Assembly: GCA_958295735.1 (NCBI GenBank)
Contig: OY282369.1
Span: forward strand, 2,084,983-2,116,982
Direction of reading: 5' to 3'
DNA length: 32,000 nt
Origin: an uncultured Candidatus Cenarchaeum sp.
GTDB lineage: Archaea > Thermoproteota > Nitrososphaeria > Nitrososphaerales > Nitrosopumilaceae
The translations under genes were made by a program, and so were the position numbers. Under the pieces are notes generated by a model, which saw only the letters and a list, made by a program, of their open reading frames with translations, was not told the origin of the DNA and searched no databases. This document shows, piece by piece, positions 1-7,257 of this stretch (position 1 is the stretch's first letter; each line of letters opens with the position of its first letter).

Positions 1-2
1 AG

Positions 3-2000
3 GAGAGGGGGATCACCATATACCAGGCCAACGTCACGCTGCACTACACCAAGGGCGACAGCGAGTACGTGGTGAACATGATAGACACGCCGGGGCACGT
101 GGACTTTAGCGGCCGCGTGATACGCAGCCTGCGGGCCATTGACGGGGCGGTGGTCGTGTGCGATGCCGTCGAGGGGATAATGACCCAGACCGAGACGGTC
201 ACGCGGATGGCGCTGGAAGAGAGGGTCAGGCCCGTCCTGTTCATAAACAAGGTGGACCGGCTCATAAAGGAGCTCAGGCTGACGCCCGAAAAGATGCAGG
301 AGACGCTCCGCGCGGTGGTCTCGGACTTCAACCAGCTGCTGGACACGTACGCGGAGCCCGAGTACAGGGAAAAGTGGAAGGTCTCCATACCGGAGGCCAG
401 CGTCACGTTCGGGTCGGCCAAGGACAGGTGGGCCATCAACATGGACGTGATGAAGGAGCGGGGGATCACCTTCAAGGACGTGATAGACGCGTACACGGAC
501 GGCAAGGTGGAGGGGCTGGTCGAGGCGGCGCCGCTGGCCGACGCCGTGCTCGGGATGGTCGTAAAGCACCACCCGCCCCCCCACGAGGCGCAAAAGTACC
601 GCATACCCAAGATATGGCACGGCGACCTCGAGTCGGAGATCGGGCGCGCCCTGCTGGAGTGCAGCGACGAGGGCCCGACCATAATGATGGTCGTGAACAT
701 GGTGCTGGACAAGGCCGCCGGGCCCGTGGCCATCGGCAGGCTGTTCTCGGGGACCATACGGGACGGGCAGACCGTGAGCATAATCGACGCGCGCCGCGAG
801 GGGCGCGTCCAGTCGGTGAACTTCTTCATGGGGAACCAGAGGGAGCAGGTGGGCGAGCTCGGGGCGGGCAACATACCCGCGCTCATGGGGCTCACGGAGT
901 CGCGCGCCGGCAACACGCTCTCCTCGGTCAAGGGGATAAAGGTCTTCGAGGGGGTCAGCTACGTCTCGGAGCCGGTGGTGCAGGTGGCCGTGGAGCCGAG
1001 GCACCCGAAGGACCTCCCGCGGCTCGTGGAGGTGCTCAGGCAGCTCACCATAGAGGACCCGAACCTGGTGGTGAAGATAGACGAGGAGAGCGGGGAGACC
1101 ATAGTGGCCGGGATGGGCGTGCTGCACCTGGACGTGGCCACACACCGCATACGGGACGCCAACGTGGACGTCGTGACCTCGGAGCCGCTCATAAACTACC
1201 GCGAGACGGTCAGGACGGGATGCGATCCGGTGATGTCAAAGTCGCCGAACCGGCACAACAAGATATTCATGCGCGTGGAGCCGCTGGAACCCGCCATAGG
1301 GGACATGCTGCGCTCCGGCCAGATAAGCGAGATGAAGGACAAGAAGGAGGTGGCCGACCTGCTGAGGGCCCAGGGCTGGGACGGGGACACCGTCAAGAGG
1401 GTGATGCGGCTGGACCCGCGCGGCAACGTGCTCATAAACGGGACCAAGGGGGTGCAGTTCGTCCAGGAGTCGACGGACTCGATAAGCTCGGGGTTCGAGG
1501 AGGTCATGAAGGAGGGGCCGATGTGCCGCGAGCAGATGAGGGACTGCAAGTTCACGTTCACCCACTTCGTCCCGCACGAGGACACGGCCCACCGCGGCCT
1601 GTCCCAGCTGGGCCCGGCCTCGCGCCGCGCGTGCATGGGATCGCTGCTGACGGCGGGGACGTCGCTGCTCGAGCCCGTCCTGGCCATCGAGGTGAGGGTG
1701 CCGACGGACATGGTGGGCAACGTGGCGACGGTGCTGTCCAGCAAGCGCGGGAAGGTGCTGGACATGGCGCAGAAGGGGGCCGCGAGCATAGTGACCGGCG
1801 AGATCCCCGCCTCGGAGACCTTCACGCTGTCCGAGGAGATGAGGGGGCAGACGGCGGGCAAGGCCATGTGGAACTCGCACTTCAAGCAGTGGGCCGAGGT
1901 GCCAAAGTCGCGGCTCGAGGCGGCCGTGGAGGACATACGGAAGAGGAAGGGCCTGGCGCCCGACCCCCCGCGGGTCGGGGACTTTATAGACAAGGAATAA
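3..2000 (+). CDS. fusA: Translation elongation factor 2 (aEF-2), N-terminus cut by window edge
   Basis: Frame 3 is open from nt 3 (ERGITIYQANVTLHYTKGDSEYVVNMIDTPGHVDF...). It has the DTPGH GTPase motif and EF-2/EF-G-like sequence through ...RKRKGLAPDPPRVGDFIDKE, with TAA at 1998-2000. The M at 69 in the ORF track is internal. Confidence 0.95.
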   Translation, partial: ERGITIYQANVTLHYTKGDSEYVVNMIDTPGHVDFSGRVIRSLRAIDGAVVVCDAVEGIMTQTETVTRMALEERVRPVLFINKVDRLIKELRLTPEKMQETLRAVVSDFNQLLDTYAEPEYREKWKVSIPEASVTFGSAKDRWAINMDVMKERGITFKDVIDAYTDGKVEGLVEAAPLADAVLGMVVKHHPPPHEAQKYRIPKIWHGDLESEIGRALLECSDEGPTIMMVVNMVLDKAAGPVAIGRLFSGTIRDGQTVSIIDARREGRVQSVNFFMGNQREQVGELGAGNIPALMGLTESRAGNTLSSVKGIKVFEGVSYVSEPVVQVAVEPRHPKDLPRLVEVLRQLTIEDPNLVVKIDEESGETIVAGMGVLHLDVATHRIRDANVDVVTSEPLINYRETVRTGCDPVMSKSPNRHNKIFMRVEPLEPAIGDMLRSGQISEMKDKKEVADLLRAQGWDGDTVKRVMRLDPRGNVLINGTKGVQFVQESTDSISSGFEEVMKEGPMCREQMRDCKFTFTHFVPHEDTAHRGLSQLGPASRRACMGSLLTAGTSLLEPVLAIEVRVPTDMVGNVATVLSSKRGKVLDMAQKGAASIVTGEIPASETFTLSEEMRGQTAGKAMWNSHFKQWAEVPKSRLEAAVEDIRKRKGLAPDPPRVGDFIDKE

Positions 2001-2226
2001 GCCGCTGCCGCCGCCGCGCGGACCCGGCAGCCCGCAGTCTGGGATGGGCACCCGCAGCAGCTCGCGTTGCCGCCGCGCGCGGACGGCGCGGACCCGGCAG
2101 CTCCCCTCCCCCGCGGGCCCGCGCCGGCGCGGCCGCTTTCGCGCCGGCGGGGCGCGGCCCCGCGCTGCAGGGGCCCCGCCGAGCCGGATGCGCGGGCGGG
2201 GGGCGGGGCGGCCCCGCGCGGGGCCG

Positions 2227-2451
2227 CTACCGCTGCCGCCGCCTCGCGCGCCGGCCCGCCCGCCTCTTGGAATCGTCCCACCTGTCGATGTTGAACAGCA
2301 CGAAGCTCGCCGCGAACGCGGCCAGCATGGCGATCCCGGTGACGAGGGCGAGGCCGGACGACGAGGATCCGCCCGCCCCGCCGTAGTACGTGACGAGAGT
2401 GGCGACCAGCAGCACGGCGCCGAGGAAGGTGAGCGCCCTGTGGAGCTCCAC
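2227..2451 (-). CDS. Small two-TM membrane protein with basic C-terminal tail (hypothetical)
   Basis: 74 aa with a GTG start at 2451. Two hydrophobic helices (FLGAVLLVATLVTYY, LALVTGIAMLAAFAASFVLF) are followed by RRAGRRARRRQR. A TATA-like box lies ~25 nt upstream. Confidence 0.5.
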   Translation of the reverse strand: MELHRALTFLGAVLLVATLVTYYGGAGGSSSSGLALVTGIAMLAAFAASFVLFNIDRWDDSKRRAGRRARRRQR

Positions 2452-2470
2452 GCCGCGCCGCGCCGAGCGC

Positions 2471-2480
2471 CATATTTACG
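2471..2480 (-). promoter_or_regulatory. TATA box for 2227-2451 gene
   Basis: Minus strand reads cgtaaatatg, centred ~25 nt upstream of the GTG at 2451. It is the only AT-rich patch in a GC-rich spacer. Confidence 0.5.
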
Positions 2481-2568
2481 GCTTGGCAGGCGCGCCCGCC
2501 CCTCCCGCCGGGCGCATCGCGCGGCGGGGCCGCGCGCCCGGGCGGCCCGCCCCGCCCGCCGGCTAAAC

Positions 2569-2578
2569 TTGTTATAAC
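2569..2578 (+). promoter_or_regulatory. TATA box for purP
   Basis: ttgttataac is centred 26 nt upstream of the GTG at 2600. This fits a leaderless start at 2600 better than at 2661. Confidence 0.55.
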
Positions 2579-2660
2579 GCGGCGGGCCGCGCCGCGCCCG
2601 TGATAGACGCGGGAGAGATGGGCCGCATAGCGGCGGGGGTACCCGCCGGACGGCATCCGC

Positions 2661-3698
2661 GTGGGCGTGATGGGCAGCCACTCCGCGCTGGAGGTGATGG
2701 ACGGGGCCGTCGACGAGGGGCTGGGCACCGTGGTTATGTGCGAGCGCGGGCGGGAGGGGCCGTACGAGCGCCTCTCCAGGATCGCCGGGGAGGTCGTGGT
2801 GCTGGACAGCTTTTCGGACATGGCCTCGCCGGAGGTGCAGGAGATGCTGCTGCGCACGTGCACCATACTGGTCCCCCACCGCTCGCTGGCCGCCTACCTC
2901 GGGTACGACGCGATCGAGGAGCGGCTGGCCGTGCCGATGTTCGGCAACCGCGCCCTGCTGAGGGCCGAGGAGCGCGCGGAGGGCCGCAACCAGTACGGCA
3001 TGCTGCGCAGCGCGGGGATACGGCACCCGCGGCTGTACTCCGACCCGTCGGAGATAGACGGCCCGGCCATAGTGAAGGCGATGGAGCGGGAGCGGGGCCT
3101 CGAGAGGGCGTTCTTCGTGGTGACGTCGGCGGCCGACTACGAGGCGAAGGCGGCCGAGCGCCTGGAGCGCGGGCTGGTCTCCGAGGAGGGGCTGCGGGCG
3201 GCGGCCATAGAAGAGTACGCCGTGGGCACGTACATGAACTTCAACTACTTCTGGTCGCCGGTCTCGGACAGGGTGGACTTTCTGGGCATAGAGCGCCGGC
3301 TGCAGACCAACGTGGACGACTATGCGTCCATGCCGGCGCGCCAGCAGCTGGACATGGACGTGCAGCTGCAGAACATCGAGGTGGGCCACACGCCGGCCAG
3401 CATCCGCGAGTCCCTGCTGGGGAAGGTCTTCGAGATGGGGGACGCGTTCGCCGGGGCGGCCGCCCGCGACTCGCCCCCGGGAGTGGTGGGCCCGTTCTCG
3501 CTGCAGAGCGTCATAACGCGGGACCTGGAGGTGGTCGTGTACGACGTCTCGCTCAGGGTCCCCGGCAACCCGATACTGGCCACCACCACCCCGTACACGA
3601 AGTACCAGTACGGCCGCACCTTCGGCGTGGGCGCGCGCATAGCCATGGAGGTGAAGCGGGCAGCGCGCGAGGGCCGGCTGGCCGGCGTGGTGACCTGA
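2661..3698 (+). CDS. purP: 5-formaminoimidazole-4-carboxamide ribonucleotide (FAICAR) synthetase PurP (ATP-grasp); intact frame shown, true start probably GTG 2600 across a 1-nt frameshift
   Basis: GSHSALEVMDGA, VPMFGNRALL, IEEYAVGTYMNFNYF, IRESLLGKVFEMGD and GPFSLQS track Methanocaldococcus PurP (MJ0136) as I recall it. See the finding on the G5 run at 2635-2639. Confidence 0.9.
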   Translation: MGVMGSHSALEVMDGAVDEGLGTVVMCERGREGPYERLSRIAGEVVVLDSFSDMASPEVQEMLLRTCTILVPHRSLAAYLGYDAIEERLAVPMFGNRALLRAEERAEGRNQYGMLRSAGIRHPRLYSDPSEIDGPAIVKAMERERGLERAFFVVTSAADYEAKAAERLERGLVSEEGLRAAAIEEYAVGTYMNFNYFWSPVSDRVDFLGIERRLQTNVDDYASMPARQQLDMDVQLQNIEVGHTPASIRESLLGKVFEMGDAFAGAAARDSPPGVVGPFSLQSVITRDLEVVVYDVSLRVPGNPILATTTPYTKYQYGRTFGVGARIAMEVKRAAREGRLAGVVT

Positions 3699-3708
3699 GC
3701 GGCCGCCG

Positions 3709-4161
3709 CTAGCCGCCCGGCCCCCGCAGCAGGCCGTCCTTCACCAGTATGGGGACGCCGTAGAACGAGGCCAGCGCCGCGGCATCCGAGGCGCGGTAGC
3801 CGCGCAGCACTATCTCCCTGCCGCCGGCGCCCGTGAGGTACAGGTTGGCGCGCAGCACCTGGCCGCTCTCGTACAGCTTTACCTTGACGAGGGCCAGGCC
3901 CGCGTTCTCGCAGATCTCCTCCACCATGCGGTATATGGTGGGGACGGGGAGGGCCGACCCGCCGGCCCCCGCATCGGGGCCGCCCCCGACGAAGTCCAGT
4001 ATGTGCCTGGCCACCTCGCCGGAGAAGGCCCTCATGTGGAACTGGCGGCCGTCTTCCGACTGCAGCACGAGGAGCCCCTCGACGGCGTACGGATCGGCGA
4101 ACCCCACTTTCCCTATCGTGGCGGTGCGGTAGCCGGGATCCTGGCCCTGGTCTATCCTCAT
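3709..4161 (-). CDS. Bifunctional-nuclease (BFN/DUF151) domain protein
   Basis: Only the last 150 aa of the 859-aa track ORF look real: MRIDQGQDPGYRTATIGKVGFADPYAVEGLLVLQSEDGRQFHMRAF...YRASDAAALASFYGVPILV, with a DUF151-like RxSDAxxLA...PI pattern. ATG is at 4159-4161 and a TATA lies 25 nt upstream. Confidence 0.65.
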   Translation of the reverse strand: MRIDQGQDPGYRTATIGKVGFADPYAVEGLLVLQSEDGRQFHMRAFSGEVARHILDFVGGGPDAGAGGSALPVPTIYRMVEEICENAGLALVKVKLYESGQVLRANLYLTGAGGREIVLRGYRASDAAALASFYGVPILVKDGLLRGPGG

Positions 4162-4180
4162 GCGGGCGGGGCGCGCCCCG

Positions 4181-4191
4181 CGGTTATAAAG
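4181..4191 (-). promoter_or_regulatory. TATA box for BFN gene
   Basis: Minus strand reads ctttataaccg, centred 25 nt upstream of the ATG at 4161. It is one arm of the 8-bp inverted repeat ggttataa/ttataacc (4182-4189 and 4200-4207). Confidence 0.55.
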
Positions 4192-4222
4192 ATCGGGCCT
4201 TATAACCGCCCCCCGCCGGCTC

Positions 4223-4237
4223 GTAGAAATATTAGTT
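4223..4237 (+). promoter_or_regulatory. TATA box for CBS-TrkH gene
   Basis: gtagaaatattagtt is centred ~28 nt upstream of the GTG at 4258. Confidence 0.55.
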
Positions 4238-4257
4238 GAGGCGGGCGGGGAGGGGGC

Positions 4258-6075
4258 GTGTCCAGCGCCCCGTCCAAGTCCGTGGAGTACGTCCTGGCCA
4301 AGCCGGTCTCGATGTACATGGACCGCGACGTGCTGATGCTGGGCGTGGTCACGCCCACGCGCGAGGCGGCCCACATGCTGCGGCACTACGAGCGGGACGA
4401 CGTCGTGGTCGTGGCGGACGGGGAGGCGGTGGGGATAGTGACCGACCAGGACATACTGGACAAGGTCGGGGACGCCAGCGTGTACGCCGAGGCGACGCGC
4501 CTGCGCGACATCATGAGCTCGCCGGTCATAACCATAGGGGAGGATGCCACCCTCAGGGAGGCCGCCCGCGCGATGAGGGACGCCGGGGTGAGGAAGCTCC
4601 CGGTCACGTCCAAGAAGGGGGACGTGGTGGGGATGATCCGGGTCTCCATCATCGCCGACCGCATCCGCGTGGCCGCGGCCTCGCAGCCGCGAGTCCTCAG
4701 CCCCCCCGTCAAGGCGGTGCTGGGCAACCTCGGGTTCGTCCTCCAGTTCGCGGGGGCGCTGCTGCTCATACCGGCCATAGTGGCCACGCTGCTCGGGGAC
4801 ACCGTGGTGGCCACGGGCATCTACCTGACCACGGTGCTGCTGCTGGTCACGGGGTTCTGCCTCAACTCGTACGGGGAAAAGGCGGCCCTGAACATGCGGC
4901 AGGCCTCGGCCCTCGTGTTCTCGAGCCTGCTCATACTGGTGCTGTTCGGGACCATCCCGTACCTGTACGTCTCCCCGCACGGCGCCCAGGAGCCCCTGGA
5001 CGCGTTCGCCAGCGGCTTCTTCTCCAGCGCCGCCGGGTTCACCACGGGCGGCGTCTCGCTGTTCGACGCGCCCGAGGAGCACCCCCAGAGCTTCACGTTC
5101 TACCGGAGCTTCACGCAGCTGGTGGGGGGGATGAGCTTCATCTACCTCGTGATCACCGCATTCTACCCGGAGAACAAGCTGCACTCGATGCGCGGCTTCA
5201 TATCCGGAAAGATGCTCCACATGAGGGAGCTGTTCGGGACGATCACCGTGATATTCGCCCTGTACATACTGATCGTGACCGCGCTGCTGCACGCGATAGG
5301 GGGCGGCGACCTGCTGGACACCGTGTCGCTGTCCATGAGCACGCTGGCGACGGGCGGCTTCCTCCCGTCCTCGACCGCGCTGGACGGGCTGGGATGGCAG
5401 GGGCACGCGGTGCTCATGGCGGCCATGCTGCTGGGCGCCCTCCCGTTCACGTTCCACTACGGGTTCGTCCGCCGCCGCTTCCTGTCGGCCCAGCTGGGCA
5501 GGGAGGTGATGGTGTTCTTCGGGATCACGGGCGCCGCCGCGCTGCTGTTCTCGCACCTGGCGGGGCTGGACCTGCTGTCCGGCGCATTCTACGCCGTGTC
5601 CGCCTCGACCACGGCGGGGCTGCAGCCGGCCGGCCTCGGCTCGCTGGCCGCGCCGGCCGTGTCCGTGCTCATACTGCTCATGTTCGTCGGCGGCTGCGGC
5701 TTTTCGACCGCCGGCGGCGTGAAGGTGTTCAGGCTCATGCAGGTGGGGAGGGCCTGCCTGATGCTGAGGCGGAAGGGGCGCGAGTCCATGAAGCCGGAGG
5801 AAAAGAAAGAGATCGCCACCGCCGCGCTCATACTGGTCATGTTCCCCGCCGTCGCCGCCATGGCCGCGGTCCACCTCTCCGCCGCGACGGGGGCCGGCCT
5901 GGACGACTCGTTCCTGGAGGCGGCGGGCCTGATAACGACTGGGGGCCTCTCGGCGGGCGCGGTGACGGCAGAGGCGGACCCCGCCACGCTGGTGGCCTTT
6001 GCGTTCATGATGATCCTGGGGCGGCTGGAGATAGTGGCGGTCCTGTACGTCTTCCTCCCGAGGCTCTCGCCGTAG
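4258..6075 (+). CDS. trkH: TrkH/KtrB-family K+ transporter with N-terminal CBS-domain pair
   Basis: The first ~135 aa form two CBS repeats (VVVVADGEAVGIVTDQDIL; RKLPVTSKKGDVVGMIRVSII). A polytopic membrane domain follows, with P-loop-like glycine motifs (FTTGGVS, LATGGF, STTAGL, LITTGGL) and the Trk/Ktr GGCGFSTAGGVKVFR loop. Confidence 0.85.
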   Translation: MSSAPSKSVEYVLAKPVSMYMDRDVLMLGVVTPTREAAHMLRHYERDDVVVVADGEAVGIVTDQDILDKVGDASVYAEATRLRDIMSSPVITIGEDATLREAARAMRDAGVRKLPVTSKKGDVVGMIRVSIIADRIRVAAASQPRVLSPPVKAVLGNLGFVLQFAGALLLIPAIVATLLGDTVVATGIYLTTVLLLVTGFCLNSYGEKAALNMRQASALVFSSLLILVLFGTIPYLYVSPHGAQEPLDAFASGFFSSAAGFTTGGVSLFDAPEEHPQSFTFYRSFTQLVGGMSFIYLVITAFYPENKLHSMRGFISGKMLHMRELFGTITVIFALYILIVTALLHAIGGGDLLDTVSLSMSTLATGGFLPSSTALDGLGWQGHAVLMAAMLLGALPFTFHYGFVRRRFLSAQLGREVMVFFGITGAAALLFSHLAGLDLLSGAFYAVSASTTAGLQPAGLGSLAAPAVSVLILLMFVGGCGFSTAGGVKVFRLMQVGRACLMLRRKGRESMKPEEKKEIATAALILVMFPAVAAMAAVHLSAATGAGLDDSFLEAAGLITTGGLSAGAVTAEADPATLVAFAFMMILGRLEIVAVLYVFLPRLSP

Positions 6076-6090
6076 GCGGGGCCCTCCCGC

Positions 6091-6104
6091 ATACAGTTTA
6101 ATCC
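6091..6104 (+). promoter_or_regulatory. TATA box for 6125 gene
   Basis: atacagtttaatcc is centred 27 nt upstream of the GTG at 6125. Confidence 0.5.
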
Positions 6105-6124
6105 GCGCCCGCCGCCCGCGGGGC

Positions 6125-6985
6125 GTGGAGCGGGAGGCCGGGCGGCGGCAGCGGCGGCGGGGCGCCGCCTCCGGCCTCCCCCTCGCCGCCTCCGGCGCCG
6201 CCTCCATCGCGGCGCTGTTCGTCGTGTACTCTTGGCACCAGTCCCCCGAGCTGGCGACCCCCGAGGCCGTCGACGGCATGGTCCGCATGGCCGCCGCGTT
6301 CTATGCCGCGCTGGTCGCCTCCATGGGGGCCGTGGCCGCCGGCCTGCGCTCCCGGCACCGCGCGATGGCCCGCGGCCCCCCCGGAGCGGCGTGGGGCCTG
6401 GGGGCCGTGGCGGCGGCCACGTGGAACCGCAGGTCGTCCAGGATACTCGCCGCCGCGTTCGTCGGGTACGGCGCCCTGTTCTCCGTGACGTCGGGCGCGC
6501 TGGTGTACCAGCCGGACGTCAGCTTTTCCCGGCACTACGGGGTGGACGTCCCGTCGGCGGAGGCGATCCCGTGCTGCGGCGAGCCGGGCTACATGCCCAA
6601 GGTGCTCGTGTACGCGACGGACCATGTCGGGATCCAGATCGTCCCGGTGAACGTGGTCCTGCAGGCCGCGGTCTCGTACATGGTGGGCATCAACGCGGCG
6701 CTGGCGCTGGGCGGCGGCATCCCGGCGGGCGGCCGCGGCGCGGGCGGCGGGATAGGCGCGGCCGCCGGGCTGTTCGTCGCGTGCCCCACGTGCGCGGGCA
6801 CTGCCCTGTCGGTATTCGCGGGGGCCGCGGGGGGGATCGTGCTGGGGGCGGCCCTGGCGCAGATGCAGACCCTGCTCATGGCGGTGAGCATACCCGTGCT
6901 GCTCGCCGCCCCGCTGCTCGCCGCCCGCAGGCTCGGCCGCCGGCCCCCGGGGGCAGCCGCCTGCGCCGCGGGGAACGGCGCCTAG
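6125..6985 (+). CDS. Polytopic membrane protein with vicinal CC and intramembrane CPTC motifs (hypothetical)
   Basis: 286 aa with several hydrophobic helices, IPCCGEPGY in a loop and LFVACPTCAGTALSVF inside a helix. TATA spacing supports the start. No family assigned. Confidence 0.55.
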   Translation: MEREAGRRQRRRGAASGLPLAASGAASIAALFVVYSWHQSPELATPEAVDGMVRMAAAFYAALVASMGAVAAGLRSRHRAMARGPPGAAWGLGAVAAATWNRRSSRILAAAFVGYGALFSVTSGALVYQPDVSFSRHYGVDVPSAEAIPCCGEPGYMPKVLVYATDHVGIQIVPVNVVLQAAVSYMVGINAALALGGGIPAGGRGAGGGIGAAAGLFVACPTCAGTALSVFAGAAGGIVLGAALAQMQTLLMAVSIPVLLAAPLLAARRLGRRPPGAAACAAGNGA

Positions 6986-7215
6986 CGCGCCGGCATCGCC
7001 GGCCTCCGTCCCCGGGCGGAACGCCAGCCCGGATCGCGCGGGGGCGCCCGCCCGCCCGCCGGCGCCTCCCCCCGATCCCGATCCGCGCCGCGGGGCGGCG
7101 AGGCCACGCTCCCGGGATCCCGCGCGGGCGGGCCCGAACCGTGACCGCGGCAGGCCGCCCCAGGATCCCGCGCCCGGATCGCAATGGGCGCGATCCCGCG
7201 CCTTGGATCTTGGAT

Positions 7216-7241
7216 CCTGCATTATACACTTATAATGCAGG
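7216..7241 (+). promoter_or_regulatory. Palindromic TATA/operator region of the SBP gene
   Basis: cctgcattata-cact-tataatgcagg is a perfect 11-bp inverted repeat with a 4-nt centre. It ends 17 nt before the ATG at 7258. Confidence 0.6.
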
Positions 7242-7257
7242 CGGGCCGCAACGCCGC

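Noticed and set aside
158-3389. Track ORFs 158-2386(+), 1196-2866(-), 1236-3389(-), 2044-2577(+) and 2600-3712(+), 177-742 aa long, overlapping EF-2 and purP
   Set aside because: Their translations are Arg/Gly/Ala/Pro low-complexity strings with no family motifs. They overlap two strongly supported genes in other frames. Stop codons are scarce in GC-rich DNA, which explains them.
4162-6288. Upstream 709 aa of the 859-aa ORF 3709-6288(-), and ORF 4236-6101(+)
   Set aside because: They are antisense to, or out of frame with, the well-supported CBS-TrkH gene. Only the last 150 aa of the minus ORF (the BFN domain, with an ATG and a TATA) look like protein.
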